Positions 29,250 through 43,587 of a DNA stretch of 64,000 bases are shown here, in pieces; positions within the stretch are counted from its first letter, which is position 1, and the number at the start of each line of letters is the position of its first letter. This DNA comes from Escherichia coli. Its GTDB lineage: Bacteria > Pseudomonadota > Gammaproteobacteria > Enterobacterales > Enterobacteriaceae. The DNA is taken from the NCBI RefSeq assembly GCF_003019035.1, contig NZ_CP027447.1. One strand, 5' to 3'. The notes under the pieces were generated by a model, which saw only the letters and a list, made by a program, of their open reading frames with translations, was not told the DNA's origin and searched no databases. A program made the translations under genes and the position numbers.

Positions 29250-30698
29250 TCACTCTCTCTCCGGCAGCATAATCACAAACCTTGACCCCCGCGCATCTGA
29301 CGTTACTGCAACCGTGCCTTTATGCGCGACAACAATTGATTTCACTATCGCCAGCCCAATGCCGCTACCTTCGCCTTTTCGCTGGCGGGAAGGATCAACG
29401 CGGTAGAAACGGTCAAACAATCGCGGTAAGTGTTCGGGCGCAATGGGCGTACCGGGGTTTTCGACGGAAACTTGCACCTGGTGATCGACCGTCTGGCAGC
29501 GCACAACAATTGCCTCTCCGGGTGGCGTATAACGCAGGGCGTTCGAAAGCAGGTTGCTTAACGCCCGACGCAACATCAGCGGATCGCCCGCAACCTGACA
29601 CTCGTCACCAACAAACCGCAACTCCACGCCGCGATCTTCCGCTAACGCCTCGAAAAAATCGAACACTTTGCCGACTTCATCCGCCAGGTTGAGCATTTTC
29701 TTTTCGGGGATTAACTGGTTGTTATCGGCCTGAGCGAGAAACAGCATATCGCTGACCATTTTCGCCATTCGAGTCAGCTCTTCGAGATTAGAGTAGAGCA
29801 CATCTTCCAGCTCCTTCTGACTGCGCGACTGGCTGAGGGCGATTTCCGTTTGCGTTATGAGATTCGTAATCGGCGTGCGAATTTCGTGAGCGATATCCGC
29901 TGAGAAATTGGACTGGCGGGTAAAGACATCCTCGATACGCTCGATCATATGGTTGAACGACAGCACCAGTTGTTCGAGTTCAATGGGCACGGTCTGTGGA
30001 TCGAGGCGAACGTCGAGATCTTTCGAGGTAATGTTCTGGATTTGACGGCTGACGCTGCGAATTGGCGCGTGGCCTTTATGTACCGCCAGCAGCACGATAA
30101 AGACGATCAGGATGCTGATGATCGATGCGGTCATAATAAGTTTATTCATCAAATCATTTATGTAATGAAGATGAAAATCGATCGAAAGCGCGATGTAGAG
30201 CGTATAAATCGGTTTGCCGTCCACCAACGGGCCAACCGGCAAGTTAATCATCCGCCAGTTGCTGTGTTCCATATGCCCGTGACCGTGGCCTGGCATCATA
30301 ATCGTCGGGCCGGAAAGGAGATACACCTCGCCACCCTGAGCGTCTTTATCGGGTATGGCGTCACGCGTAAACTCGCGGATATCCGGCGCACCGGGGGAGT
30401 GATACACCGTTTTGCCGTGGCTATCTGCCAGGGAAATCAACACGTTGGAATAACCACTGACGATATCTTCCAGCGTCATTAAGCGTCGGGCTTGCGTCTC
30501 GTCAGGATGATTAAGTACCCGTTCAAGGGTGGCGCTAATTTCTTTTAAATCATTAATATCCTGCTCGGCAAAATGCACTTTCACTGAGTGGATCATGATC
30601 CATGCAAAGGCGAAAAACGCCGCGATGGTGGCCAGGCTGATAAAAAAGGTCAGACGGGTTGCCAGCGAAAACGGGCGCTGAAATGGCTTACTGACCAT
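29250..30698 (-). CDS. cusS: copper/silver sensor histidine kinase CusS
   Basis: The start [10 protein letters not shown]... gives 482 aa with two TM segments, HAMP, an H-box ([12 protein letters not shown]) and N/G boxes. It overlaps cusR by 11 nt. Confidence 0.94.
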
Positions 30699-31371
30699 CC
30701 GGCACCTCAAGCATATAGCCCACGCCGCGCACGGTCTGAATCAGCTTCGGCTCAAAGTCGTTGTCGATTTTGCCGCGTAGCCGCTTCACCGCCACATCAA
30801 TGGCGTTAGTGTCGCTGTCGAAATTCATGTCCCACACCTGCGAGGCGATAAGCGAGCGGGGCAGCACTTCACCCTGATGGCGGAGGAAAAACTCCAGCAA
30901 AGTAAATTCTTTACTGGTCAACGTGATGCGCGTGCCGCTACGGGTGACTTTGCGGCTGACGAGATCGACCATCAGATCGGCAACCTGAAACTGACTTTCG
31001 ATAATCACCGCCGCCCCGCGCCGCAGTAGAGTGCGCACCCGCGCCAGCAGTTCAGCAAAAGCGAACGGCTTAACCAGATAGTCATCCGCCCCCAACTCCA
31101 GCCCCTTGACGCGATGTTCAATGGTGCCAAGCGCGGTAAGCAACAGAATCGGCATCCCCTTATTGGCGGAACGCAACATGCGCACGATATCCCAGCCGTT
31201 CACGTCCGGCAGCATAATATCGAGGATTATCAGATCATAATCACCGGTCATCGCCAGATGGTAGCCATTCAGCCCGTTGTCGGCCAAATCGACCACAAAA
31301 CCGGCTTCGGTTAACCCTTTGGTCAAGTATTCTCCGGTTTTCTTTTCATCTTCGACAATCAACAGTTTCAT
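30688..31371 (-). CDS. cusR: OmpR-family response regulator CusR
   Basis: 227-aa ORF with a receiver domain ([14 protein letters not shown]) and a winged-helix output domain. Recognised as CusR. Confidence 0.96.
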
Positions 31372-31436
31372 ATTTCCTCCGCATGTTGCCCGGGCAATTC
31401 TAGAGTAGCGGGATCAGATGGCAATCGCTTATTGGC

Positions 31437-31458
31437 AAAATGACAATTTTGTCATTTT
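31437..31458. promoter_or_regulatory. CusR box in the cusR/cusC divergent promoter region
   Basis: The palindrome AAAATGACAA-TT-TTGTCATTTT matches the published CusR-box consensus AAAATGACAANNTTGTCATTTT. Confidence 0.85.
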
Positions 31459-31527
31459 CCTGTCACCGGAAAATCAGAGCCTGGCGAGTAAAGTTGGCGG
31501 CATAAAATCACCAGAAATTATGAGCCT

Positions 31528-32916
31528 ATGTCTCCTTGTAAACTTCTGCCATTTTGTGTGGCCCTTGCGCTAACCGGTTGTTCACTGGCACCGGATTATC
31601 AGCGTCCGGCAATGCCCGTGCCGCAGCAGTTCTCACTCAGCCAGAACGGCCTGGTTAACGCAGCAGATAACTACCAGAACGCGGGCTGGCGCACCTTTTT
31701 TGTTGATAATCAGGTGAAGACGCTGATTAGCGAGGCGTTGGTGAATAACCGGGATTTACGCATGGCGGCGCTGAAAGTGCAGGAGGCACGGGCGCAATAT
31801 CGTCTGACCGATGCCGACCGCTACCCACAGCTCAATGGCGAGGGCAGCGGCAGCTGGAGCGGTAATCTTAAAGGGAATACCGCCACGACACGGGAGTTTT
31901 CGACCGGCCTTAACGCCAGCTTTGACCTCGATTTTTTCGGGCGCTTAAAGAACATGAGCGAAGCCGAGCGTCAAAATTATTTAGCTACTGAGGAAGCTCA
32001 GCGCGCGGTGCATATTCTGCTGGTTTCTAATGTCGCGCAAAGCTATTTCAATCAGCAACTGGCGTATGCGCAATTGCAAATAGCCGAAGAAACGCTGCGT
32101 AATTATCAGCAGTCATATGCATTTGTCGAAAAACAACTGTTGACCGGTAGCAGCAATGTTCTGGCGCTAGAACAGGCTCGCGGGGTGATAGAAAGTACCC
32201 GCAGCGACATCGCTAAACGTCAGGGGGAACTGGCGCAGGCGAATAATGCATTGCAACTGTTATTGGGAAGCTACGGCAAGCTGCCGCAAGCGCAGACAGT
32301 AAACAGCGACAGCCTGCAAAGCGTTAAATTACCGGCGGGCTTGTCGTCGCAAATCTTATTGCAGCGCCCTGATATTATGGAAGCTGAACACGCGTTAATG
32401 GCGGCTAATGCCAATATTGGCGCTGCACGCGCGGCATTTTTCCCGTCTATCAGCCTGACCAGCGGAATATCGACCGCCAGTAGCGATCTGTCGTCATTAT
32501 TTAACGCCAGCAGCGGGATGTGGAATTTTATACCCAAAATTGAGATCCCCATTTTTAATGCCGGACGCAACCAGGCCAATCTGGATATCGCCGAAATTCG
32601 CCAGCAGCAGTCGGTGGTGAATTATGAACAGAAAATCCAGAATGCCTTTAAAGAAGTGGCAGATGCGCTGGCATTACGTCAAAGCCTGAACGATCAAATC
32701 AGCGCCCAGCAGCGTTATCTGGCATCGCTGAAAATTACTTTGCAACGGGCGCGGGCATTATATCAGCACGGCGCAGTAAGTTATCTGGAAGTGCTGGATG
32801 CCGAGCGTTCTTTATTTGCAACCCGACAAACTTTACTTGACCTGAATTATGCCCGTCAGGTTAACGAAATTTCTTTATATACCGCCTTAGGGGCGGTTGG
32901 CAGCAATAATTTTTAA
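31528..32916 (+). CDS. cusC: outer-membrane factor lipoprotein CusC
   Basis: 462-aa ORF with a lipobox (LALTGC) and OprM/NodT-family sequence. The C-terminal residues differ from the family LGGGW ending (see findings). Confidence 0.92.
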   Translation: MSPCKLLPFCVALALTGCSLAPDYQRPAMPVPQQFSLSQNGLVNAADNYQNAGWRTFFVDNQVKTLISEALVNNRDLRMAALKVQEARAQYRLTDADRYPQLNGEGSGSWSGNLKGNTATTREFSTGLNASFDLDFFGRLKNMSEAERQNYLATEEAQRAVHILLVSNVAQSYFNQQLAYAQLQIAEETLRNYQQSYAFVEKQLLTGSSNVLALEQARGVIESTRSDIAKRQGELAQANNALQLLLGSYGKLPQAQTVNSDSLQSVKLPAGLSSQILLQRPDIMEAEHALMAANANIGAARAAFFPSISLTSGISTASSDLSSLFNASSGMWNFIPKIEIPIFNAGRNQANLDIAEIRQQQSVVNYEQKIQNAFKEVADALALRQSLNDQISAQQRYLASLKITLQRARALYQHGAVSYLEVLDAERSLFATRQTLLDLNYARQVNEISLYTALGAVGSNNF

Positions 32917-32932
32917 CTCCAGGAGAGAATAA

Positions 32933-33265
32933 ATGAAAAAAGCACTGCAAGTCGCAATGTTTAGTCTGTTTACCGTTATTGGCTTTAATGCCCAGGCTAA
33001 CGAACATCATCATGAAACCATGAGCGAAGCACAACCACAGGTTATTAGCGCCACTGGCGTGGTAAAAGGTGTTGATCTGGAAAGCAAAAAAATCACCATC
33101 CATCACGATCCGATTGCTGCCGTGAACTGGCCGGAGATGACCATGCGCTTTACCATCACCCCGCAGACGAAAATGAGCGAAATTAAAACCGGCGACAAAG
33201 TGGCGTTTAATTTTGTCCAGCAGGGCAACCTTTCTTTATTACAGGATATTAAAGTCAGCCAGTAA
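32933..33265 (+). CDS. cusF: periplasmic Cu(I)/Ag(I) metallochaperone CusF
   Basis: 110-aa ORF with a signal peptide and metal-binding H..W..M.M residues (IHHDPIAAVNWPEMTMRF). Confidence 0.96.
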   Translation: MKKALQVAMFSLFTVIGFNAQANEHHHETMSEAQPQVISATGVVKGVDLESKKITIHHDPIAAVNWPEMTMRFTITPQTKMSEIKTGDKVAFNFVQQGNLSLLQDIKVSQ

Positions 33266-33280
33266 CCCAGGTTTAATGAG

Positions 33281-34504
33281 ATGAAAAAAATCGCGCTTAT
33301 TATCGGCAGCATGATTGCGGGCGGTATTATTTCTGCGGCAGGTTTTACCTGGTTTGCAAAGGCTGAACCGCCCGCAGAAAAAACGCCGACCGCAGAACGT
33401 AAAATCTTATTCTGGTACGACCCGATGTATCCCAATACGCGGTTCGATAAACCAGGTAAATCGCCGTTTATGGATATGGATCTGGTGCCGAAATATGCCG
33501 ATGAAGAGAGTTCTGCGTCTGGTGTACGCATTGACCCGACCCAGACGCAGAATCTGGGGGTGAAAACGGCGACCGTCACGCGCGGGCCGCTGACTTTTGC
33601 CCAGAGTTTCCCGGCGAATGTCAGTTACAACGAGTATCAGTATGCCATTGTGCAGGCTCGCGCTGCCGGGTTTATCGATAAGGTGTATCCGCTTACCGTG
33701 GGCGATAAAGTACAAAAGGGCACACCGCTTCTCGACCTGACCATTCCCGACTGGGTGGAAGCGCAGAGTGAGTATTTACTGCTGCGCGAAACCGGCGGTA
33801 CGGCGACCCAGACTGAAGGCATTCTTGAGCGGCTGAGACTGGCGGGAATGCCGGAGGCGGATATTCGCCGCCTGATCGCCACGCAAAAAATCCAGACTCG
33901 CTTTACGCTCAAAGCGCCCATTGATGGCGTGATCACCGCGTTTGATCTGCGCGCGGGAATGAATATCGCCAAAGATAACGTGGTCGCGAAAATTCAGGGT
34001 ATGGACCCGGTGTGGGTCACTGCTGCGATCCCGGAGTCCATCGCCTGGCTGGTGAAAGATGCCTCGCAGTTTACCCTCACCGTTCCGGCGCGACCGGATA
34101 AAACACTCACCATTCGCAAATGGACCCTGCTACCCGGCGTGGATGCCGCGACCCGCACGCTGCAACTGCGTCTGGAAGTCGACAACGCCGACGAGGCGCT
34201 AAAACCGGGCATGAACGCCTGGTTGCAACTCAATACCGCCAGCGAACCGATGCTGCTCATTCCGTCACAGGCGCTGATTGATACCGGCAACGAACAGCGG
34301 GTGATTACCGTTGATGCTGACGGGCGCTTTGTACCGAAACTCGTTGCCGTTTTCCAGGCATCGCAAGGCGTCACCGCGTTACGCTCTGGTCTGGCGGAAG
34401 GTGAAAAGGTGGTTTCCAGCGGCCTGTTCCTGATTGATTCTGAAGCCAATATTTCTGGCGCACTGGAGCGGATGCGCTCTGAAAGTGCTACCCATGCGCA
34501 TTGA
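33281..34504 (+). CDS. cusB: membrane fusion protein CusB
   Basis: 407-aa ORF with an N-terminal Met-rich metal site (WYDPMYPNTRFDKPGKSPFMDMDL) and an HlyD-family fold. Confidence 0.96.
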   Translation: MKKIALIIGSMIAGGIISAAGFTWFAKAEPPAEKTPTAERKILFWYDPMYPNTRFDKPGKSPFMDMDLVPKYADEESSASGVRIDPTQTQNLGVKTATVTRGPLTFAQSFPANVSYNEYQYAIVQARAAGFIDKVYPLTVGDKVQKGTPLLDLTIPDWVEAQSEYLLLRETGGTATQTEGILERLRLAGMPEADIRRLIATQKIQTRFTLKAPIDGVITAFDLRAGMNIAKDNVVAKIQGMDPVWVTAAIPESIAWLVKDASQFTLTVPARPDKTLTIRKWTLLPGVDAATRTLQLRLEVDNADEALKPGMNAWLQLNTASEPMLLIPSQALIDTGNEQRVITVDADGRFVPKLVAVFQASQGVTALRSGLAEGEKVVSSGLFLIDSEANISGALERMRSESATHAH

Positions 34505-34515
34505 GGGAATAGCCA

Positions 34516-37500
34516 ATGATTGAATGGATTATTCGTCGCTCGGTGGCGAACCGTTTTCTGGTGCTGATGGGCGCGTTGTTTCTGAGCATCTGGGGCACCT
34601 GGACCATCATTAACACGCCAGTGGATGCACTGCCGGATCTCTCTGATGTACAGGTGATTATTAAAACCAGCTATCCCGGTCAGGCACCGCAAATCGTTGA
34701 AAATCAGGTGACTTATCCGCTAACCACCACCATGTTGTCGGTGCCTGGCGCGAAGACTGTGCGCGGTTTCTCGCAGTTTGGCGACTCTTATGTGTATGTC
34801 ATTTTCGAAGATGGCACCGATCCGTACTGGGCGCGCTCGCGGGTGCTGGAGTACCTCAACCAGGTACAGGGTAAGCTGCCTGCGGGAGTCAGCGCCGAGC
34901 TGGGGCCAGATGCCACGGGTGTTGGCTGGATCTATGAATATGCACTGGTGGATCGCAGCGGTAAGCACGATCTGGCCGATTTACGCTCATTGCAGGACTG
35001 GTTTCTCAAATATGAGCTAAAAACCATCCCTGACGTTGCGGAAGTGGCGTCGGTGGGCGGTGTGGTGAAAGAGTATCAGGTGGTTATCGATCCTCAGCGC
35101 CTGGCGCAGTATGGCATCAGTCTCGCCGAAGTAAAAAGCGCGCTGGATGCTTCAAACCAGGAAGCGGGCGGTTCGTCGATCGAACTGGCGGAAGCGGAAT
35201 ATATGGTGCGCGCCAGCGGATATCTGCAAACGCTCGACGACTTTAATCACATCGTTTTAAAAGCCAGTGAAAATGGCGTGCCCGTTTATCTGCGTGATGT
35301 TGCGAAGGTCCAGGTTGGCCCGGAGATGCGCCGGGGCATTGCCGAACTGAACGGCGAAGGCGAAGTGGCGGGCGGGGTGGTGATCCTGCGTTCCGGCAAA
35401 AACGCCCGTGAAGTGATCGCTGCCGTGAAGGACAAACTGGAAACGCTGAAAAGCAGTCTGCCGGAAGGCGTGGAGATAGTTACAACATACGATCGCAGCC
35501 AGCTCATTGACCGCGCCATTGACAACCTCAGTGGCAAGTTGCTGGAAGAGTTTATTGTGGTGGCGGTAGTCTGTGCGCTGTTTCTCTGGCATGTGCGCTC
35601 GGCGCTGGTGGCGATTATTTCGTTGCCGCTGGGGTTGTGTATTGCTTTTATTGTCATGCACTTTCAGGGACTGAACGCCAATATTATGTCGTTGGGTGGC
35701 ATTGCGATTGCCGTCGGGGCGATGGTCGATGCCGCTATCGTCATGATCGAGAATGCGCATAAACGGCTGGAAGAGTGGCAGCACCAGCATCCTGACGCCA
35801 CGCTGGATAATAAAACGCGCTGGCAGGTGATCACCGAAGCATCTGTTGAAGTGGGTCCGGCGCTGTTTATCAGTCTGCTGATTATCACGCTGTCGTTTAT
35901 CCCGATCTTCACCCTGGAAGGGCAGGAAGGTCGTCTGTTTGGCCCGCTGGCGTTCACCAAAACCTATGCGATGGCGGGCGCGGCGCTACTGGCGATCGTA
36001 GTGATCCCGATCCTGATGGGCTACTGGATCCGTGGCAAAATTCCGCCGGAAAGCAGTAACCCGCTCAATCGCTTTTTGATTCGTGTTTATCATCCGCTGT
36101 TGCTGAAAGTACTGCACTGGCCGAAAACCACGCTGTTGGTGGCAGCGCTTTCGGTGCTGACGGTTCTCTGGCCGCTCAATAAAGTTGGCGGGGAATTTTT
36201 ACCGCAGATCAATGAAGGCGACTTGTTGTATATGCCATCGACGCTGCCGGGGATTTCCGCAGCAGAGGCGGCGAGTATGCTGCAAAAAACCGACAAGCTG
36301 ATTATGAGCGTACCGGAAGTGGCGCGGGTATTTGGCAAAACCGGGAAAGCGGAAACCGCCACCGATTCTGCTCCGCTGGAGATGGTAGAAACGACTATTC
36401 AGCTTAAGCCGCAGGATCAGTGGCGGCCTGGCATGACGATGGACAAAATCATTGAGGAACTGGATAACACCGTGCGGCTGCCGGGGCTGGCGAATCTGTG
36501 GGTGCCGCCAATTCGTAACCGTATCGATATGCTCTCAACCGGCATTAAAAGCCCTATCGGCATTAAAGTTTCCGGCACTGTGCTGGCGGATATCGACACG
36601 ATGGCGGAGCAAATTGAAGAAGTGGCGCGAACGGTGCCAGGCGTGGCTTCTGCGCTTGCTGAGCGTCTGGAAGGTGGGCGCTATATCAACGTTGAGATTA
36701 ACCGTGAAAAAGCCGCGCGTTACGGTATGACGGTGGCGGATGTGCAGTTGTTTGTGACTTCTGCGGTGGGCGGGGCGATGGTTGGCGAAACGGTGGAAGG
36801 GATTGCCCGTTATCCAATTAATCTGCGTTATCCGCAAAGCTGGCGCGATAGCCCGCAGGCACTGCGCCAGTTGCCGATCCTCACGCCGATGAAGCAGCAA
36901 ATCACCCTGGCAGACGTGGCCGACGTTAAAGTCTCTACCGGACCGTCGATGCTGAAAACCGAGAATGCGCGCCCGACGAGCTGGATTTATATCGATGCCC
37001 GCGATCGTGACATGGTGTCGGTGGTTCACGATCTGCAAAAAGCGATAGCTGAAAAAGTGCAGTTAAAACCGGGCACCAGCGTGGCATTCTCCGGGCAGTT
37101 CGAGCTACTGGAGCGCGCCAACCATAAGCTGAAACTGATGGTGCCGATGACGCTGATGATCATCTTCGTGCTGTTATATCTGGCGTTCCGTCGGGTGGGC
37201 GAAGCGTTGCTGATTATCAGCAGCGTACCGTTTGCGCTGGTGGGCGGCATCTGGTTGCTGTGGTGGATGGGCTTTCATCTTTCCGTGGCAACGGGCACCG
37301 GTTTTATCGCCCTTGCGGGGGTCGCCGCCGAATTTGGCGTGGTGATGCTGATGTATTTACGTCACGCCATAGAGGCCGAGCCGTCGTTGAATAATCCGCA
37401 AACATTCAGCGAGCAGAAGCTGGATGAGGCGTTATATCACGGCGCGGTACTGCGCGTGCGCCCGAAAGCGATGACGGTGGCGGTGATTATCGCTGGTCTG

Positions 37501-37659
37501 CTGCCGATTCTGTGGGGAACAGGAGCAGGGTCAGAGGTGATGAGCCGGATTGCCGCGCCGATGATTGGCGGCATGATCACCGCACCTTTGCTATCGCTGT
37601 TTATTATCCCGGCGGCGTATAAGCTGATGTGGCTGCACCGACACCGGGTACGGAAATAA
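34516..37659 (+). CDS. cusA: RND heavy-metal efflux pump CusA
   Basis: 1047-aa ORF with 12-TM RND architecture. Recognised as CusA. Confidence 0.97.
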   Translation: MIEWIIRRSVANRFLVLMGALFLSIWGTWTIINTPVDALPDLSDVQVIIKTSYPGQAPQIVENQVTYPLTTTMLSVPGAKTVRGFSQFGDSYVYVIFEDGTDPYWARSRVLEYLNQVQGKLPAGVSAELGPDATGVGWIYEYALVDRSGKHDLADLRSLQDWFLKYELKTIPDVAEVASVGGVVKEYQVVIDPQRLAQYGISLAEVKSALDASNQEAGGSSIELAEAEYMVRASGYLQTLDDFNHIVLKASENGVPVYLRDVAKVQVGPEMRRGIAELNGEGEVAGGVVILRSGKNAREVIAAVKDKLETLKSSLPEGVEIVTTYDRSQLIDRAIDNLSGKLLEEFIVVAVVCALFLWHVRSALVAIISLPLGLCIAFIVMHFQGLNANIMSLGGIAIAVGAMVDAAIVMIENAHKRLEEWQHQHPDATLDNKTRWQVITEASVEVGPALFISLLIITLSFIPIFTLEGQEGRLFGPLAFTKTYAMAGAALLAIVVIPILMGYWIRGKIPPESSNPLNRFLIRVYHPLLLKVLHWPKTTLLVAALSVLTVLWPLNKVGGEFLPQINEGDLLYMPSTLPGISAAEAASMLQKTDKLIMSVPEVARVFGKTGKAETATDSAPLEMVETTIQLKPQDQWRPGMTMDKIIEELDNTVRLPGLANLWVPPIRNRIDMLSTGIKSPIGIKVSGTVLADIDTMAEQIEEVARTVPGVASALAERLEGGRYINVEINREKAARYGMTVADVQLFVTSAVGGAMVGETVEGIARYPINLRYPQSWRDSPQALRQLPILTPMKQQITLADVADVKVSTGPSMLKTENARPTSWIYIDARDRDMVSVVHDLQKAIAEKVQLKPGTSVAFSGQFELLERANHKLKLMVPMTLMIIFVLLYLAFRRVGEALLIISSVPFALVGGIWLLWWMGFHLSVATGTGFIALAGVAAEFGVVMLMYLRHAIEAEPSLNNPQTFSEQKLDEALYHGAVLRVRPKAMTVAVIIAGLLPILWGTGAGSEVMSRIAAPMIGGMITAPLLSLFIIPAAYKLMWLHRHRVRK

Positions 37660-37760
37660 AAGCAGGATACCCCGTTTAACCGTGTGGATTGTGTCTTGCG
37701 ACGATGGGCACTAAATGTTAAAAGGTGCCCCTCAACAAAAAAGACACACAGGGGAAAGGC

Positions 37761-39137
37761 GTGAAAAACGCGTCAACCGTATCGGAAGATACTGCGTCGA
37801 ATCAAGAGCCGACGCTTCATCGCGGATTACATAACCGTCATATTCAACTGATTGCGCTGGGTGGCGCAATTGGTACTGGTCTGTTTCTTGGCATTGGCCC
37901 GGCGATTCAGATGGCGGGTCCGGCTGTATTGCTGGGCTACGGCGTCGCCGGGATCATCGCTTTCCTGATTATGCGCCAGCTTGGCGAAATGGTGGTTGAG
38001 GAGCCGGTATCCGGTTCATTTGCCCACTTTGCCTATAAATACTGGGGACCGTTTGCGGGCTTCCTCTCTGGCTGGAACTACTGGGTAATGTTCGTGCTGG
38101 TGGGAATGGCAGAGCTGACCGCTGCGGGCATCTATATGCAGTACTGGTTCCCGGATGTTCCAACGTGGATTTGGGCTGCCGCCTTCTTTATTATCATCAA
38201 CGCCGTTAACCTGGTGAACGTGCGCTTATATGGCGAAACCGAGTTCTGGTTTGCGCTGATTAAAGTGCTGGCGATCATCGGTATGATCGGCTTTGGCCTG
38301 TGGCTGCTGTTTTCTGGGCACGGCGGCGAGAAAGCCAGTATCGATAACCTCTGGCGCTACGGTGGTTTTTTTGCCACCGGCTGGAATGGGCTGATTTTGT
38401 CGCTGGCGGTGATTATGTTCTCCTTCGGCGGGCTGGAGCTGATTGGGATTACTGCCGCTGAAGCGCGCGCTCCGGAAAAAAGCATCCCGAAAGCAGTGAA
38501 TCAGGTGGTGTATCGCATCCTGCTGTTTTATATCGGTTCACTGGTGGTTTTACTGGCACTCTATCCGTGGGTGGAAGTGAAATCCAACAGTAGCCCGTTT
38601 GTGATGATTTTCCATAATCTCGACAGCAACGTGGTAGCCTCTGCGCTGAACTTCGTCATTCTGGTAGCATCATTATCGGTGTATAACAGCGGGGTTTACT
38701 CTAACAGCCGCATGCTGTTTGGCCTTTCTGTGCAGGGTAATGCGCCGAAGTTTTTGACTCGCGTCAGCCGTCGCGGTGTGCCGATTAACTCGCTGATGCT
38801 TTCCGGAGCGATCACTTCGCTGGTGGTGTTAATCAACTATCTGCTGCCGCAAAAAGCGTTTGGTCTGCTGATGGCGCTGGTGGTAGCAACGCTGCTGTTG
38901 AACTGGATTATGATCTGCCTGGCGCATCTTCGTTTTCGTGCTGCGATGCGACGTCAGGGACGTGAAACACAGTTTAAGGCGCTGCTTTATCCGTTCGGCA
39001 ACTATCTCTGCATTGCCTTCCTCGGCATGATTTTGCTGCTGATGTGCACGATGGATGATATGCGCTTGTCAGCGATTCTGCTGCCGGTGTGGATTGTATT
39101 CCTGTTTGTAGCATTTAAAACGCTGCGTCGGAAATAA
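37761..39137 (+). CDS. pheP: phenylalanine-specific APC-family permease PheP
   Basis: The GTG at 37761, preceded by GGGGAAAGG, gives the 458-aa K-12 length (VKNASTVSEDTAS...). Amino acid permease signature is present. Confidence 0.93.
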   Translation: MKNASTVSEDTASNQEPTLHRGLHNRHIQLIALGGAIGTGLFLGIGPAIQMAGPAVLLGYGVAGIIAFLIMRQLGEMVVEEPVSGSFAHFAYKYWGPFAGFLSGWNYWVMFVLVGMAELTAAGIYMQYWFPDVPTWIWAAAFFIIINAVNLVNVRLYGETEFWFALIKVLAIIGMIGFGLWLLFSGHGGEKASIDNLWRYGGFFATGWNGLILSLAVIMFSFGGLELIGITAAEARAPEKSIPKAVNQVVYRILLFYIGSLVVLLALYPWVEVKSNSSPFVMIFHNLDSNVVASALNFVILVASLSVYNSGVYSNSRMLFGLSVQGNAPKFLTRVSRRGVPINSLMLSGAITSLVVLINYLLPQKAFGLLMALVVATLLLNWIMICLAHLRFRAAMRRQGRETQFKALLYPFGNYLCIAFLGMILLLMCTMDDMRLSAILLPVWIVFLFVAFKTLRRK

Positions 39138-39167
39138 GGCATTCACGCTACATCCGACAAAACGATG

Positions 39168-39201
39168 TCCGCTCTCATCCATTCGATGAGAGCGGTTTTT
39201 T
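39168..39201 (+). terminator. Rho-independent terminator of pheP
   Basis: Arms ccgctctcat (39168-39177) and atgagagcgg (39185-39194) are followed by T7 (39195-39201). Confidence 0.85.
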
Positions 39202-39204
39202 TAA

Positions 39205-40500
<1,296 letters not shown>

Positions 40501-40559
40501 TTATGCAAATCAGGAGAATCTGAGGGGAAATAGCCGGGCAGATGCCCGGCAAGAGAGAA

Positions 40560-41213
40560 TTACACTTCGGTTAAGGTGATGTTTTGCGGCAGACGAGATT
40601 TCGGCAGCGTAGCGTTAAAATCTTCAACGCTGTGATGTCCCACCGGAACAACCACCAGACTGGTGTAGCCTTTCTCTTTCAGACCAAATTCTGCATCGAG
40701 GATTGCGGCGTCAAAACCTTCGATGGGTACCGCGTCCAGACCCAGCGCTGCAACGCCGAGCAGGAAGTTACCGACGTTGAGATAAACCTGTTTTGCCATC
40801 CACTCTGCATCATCATGCAGATCTTTACGGTGCATATCGGCGAAGAACTTGCGACCTTTATCGTTCGCGGCTTTCGCTTCCGGCGTGGCAAAGCGGCCAT
40901 CGGCATCTTCCTGGTCAACAACCAGCTTCAGCCAGGCATCGTCCATCGCGGTTTTTGCACAGAACACCACGACGTGCGAGGCATCAAGCATTTTACGCTC
41001 GTTGAACACGTAATTACCGGCAGCGGATTTGGCAACACGCGCTTTACCTTCTTCCGTGCTGGCAACAATAAAATGCCACGGCTGGGAGTTGGTGCTGGAT
41101 GGGCTGTATTGCAGTAGCGTTTTGATCTGCTCGGCCTGTTCCGGGGTAAGTTTTTTGCTGGCATCAAATGCCTTAGTGGAATGACGCTTTAAGGCGACAG
41201 AAATGATATCCAT
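40560..41213 (-). CDS. nfsB: oxygen-insensitive NAD(P)H nitroreductase NfsB
   Basis: The start [16 protein letters not shown]... gives 217 aa. Recognised as NfsB/NfnB. Confidence 0.96.
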   Translation of the reverse strand: MDIISVALKRHSTKAFDASKKLTPEQAEQIKTLLQYSPSSTNSQPWHFIVASTEEGKARVAKSAAGNYVFNERKMLDASHVVVFCAKTAMDDAWLKLVVDQEDADGRFATPEAKAANDKGRKFFADMHRKDLHDDAEWMAKQVYLNVGNFLLGVAALGLDAVPIEGFDAAILDAEFGLKEKGYTSLVVVPVGHHSVEDFNATLPKSRLPQNITLTEV

Positions 41214-41306
41214 AAAGACTCCATGTGAAAGTAATTTTGCGTGCCAGCAGATTACAAGGTTCAACGAGAAATGGTAAGCGAGAAAAATGCGCTATAGATT
41301 TCCGCT

Positions 41307-41675
41307 TTAGCCTGGACGCACTCTTTTTTGATCGCGTTTAGCCAGACCATCAACCACCAGATTCCACGAATCGTTGATCAGATCGCTAAGTAACGCTTCG
41401 GAGATTTCCTCGCCGGGATACACTGAAATCCAGTGCTTTTTATTCATGTGATATCCTGGCTTAATGCTCGGGTATATCTGCTGATTTAACAGGGATTTTT
41501 GTGGATCGGACTTCAGATTGATAAAGGGGACGCCGCGCAGCTCCGACGACAGCATAAAAATCTTGCCGCCAATTTTAAAAACATCGAACTCCGGGCCAAA
41601 AGGCCAGCAAAGCTCGACAAAGGGTAACTCAAGGGCCAGGCGTTTCGCCGTTTCGTGCAGTGATTGCTTATCCAT
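41307..41675 (-). CDS. ybdF: MmcQ/YjbR-family protein YbdF
   Basis: The internal start [13 protein letters not shown]... gives the 122-aa K-12 length. The 162-aa track ORF would overlap ybdJ. Confidence 0.88.
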   Translation of the reverse strand: MDKQSLHETAKRLALELPFVELCWPFGPEFDVFKIGGKIFMLSSELRGVPFINLKSDPQKSLLNQQIYPSIKPGYHMNKKHWISVYPGEEISEALLSDLINDSWNLVVDGLAKRDQKRVRPG

Positions 41676-41739
41676 AAACGTTCCTTTAGGCGAAGGAGAA
41701 TAAGCAAAGTATGCCGCGAAGTTCGGCGATAATCGACGT

Positions 41740-41988
41740 TTAATCCGCCAGCGAGAACCAGCGTCGCCAGATAAAGCGCAGAACAAAATACTCAATAGCG
41801 CCCAGCACTAAAAACCACAGACAAAACAATAAAGTGTAAAACTGGCTAAGATCCATCAGATGGAACATGGTCACCAGTTTTTGTGCCAGCGTCAGCCCCA
41901 GTGCGGGGGCGGGAAGCAGCAGGCAAGAGAGGAAAGCCATCAGCAAAATGCCTGCTGCGGTGGTCAAGGTTTCTAAAGGGTGTTTCAT
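41740..41988 (-). CDS. ybdJ: small inner-membrane protein YbdJ
   Basis: 82-aa ORF with two hydrophobic helices, in the K-12 position. Confidence 0.85.
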   Translation of the reverse strand: MKHPLETLTTAAGILLMAFLSCLLLPAPALGLTLAQKLVTMFHLMDLSQFYTLLFCLWFLVLGAIEYFVLRFIWRRWFSLAD

Positions 41989-42053
41989 AACATTGTTAAA
42001 TGTAAGTTAAAACACCATTGTCAGGGATATTCTTCTGTAAGGCAATTCCCGGC

Positions 42054-43181
<1,128 letters not shown>

Positions 43182-43587
43182 TTATGTTGGCGTTTTCTAT
43201 TCAGTATAGAAGTGGGAGCGACTGGGCGAGATGCGGAAGTTCTGGAATATTTCTTTTTTTGGTGATGGTGAACTGATTGTGAGTGAAGCAATTTAGCTAC
43301 TTTTTCAATGTGGCAAGTTATGGCACAGCTGGCTGGTGGCGAAGAATTTTGACGATTGAGGCATGCAGAAAAAACGGGCTCAGCTTCAGTTGATCAAATG
43401 GGGAGTGAGAAGTCCGAAACAGGATTCACTGTATAAATAAACAGCTATTTTGCTGAGGAAGCGTAAGATAACGGCGGGTGCCTGAAGCTTTCCGGTTTCA
43501 GGTTAACTCTGAGGTCTGGAAAGATGAAGCCCCAGGACGATATTTCTATCAACCCTGGGGCTGCCACTCCAAACCCGAACAATTTGG

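Noticed and set aside
29220-29273. 17-codon plus-strand ORF ([17 protein letters not shown]) preceded by AGGAGG and overlapping the cusS 3' end.
   Set aside because: The SD-to-ATG spacing is only about 2 nt, and the ORF is tiny and antisense to cusS. Nothing supports it beyond the chance SD-like hexamer.
40533-40550. Hairpin gccgggca-gat-gcccggc downstream of nfsB, considered as a terminator.
   Set aside because: The stem is plausible, but on the nfsB (minus) strand it is followed by tatttcccc rather than a U-run. I could not support it as a Rho-independent terminator with any confidence.
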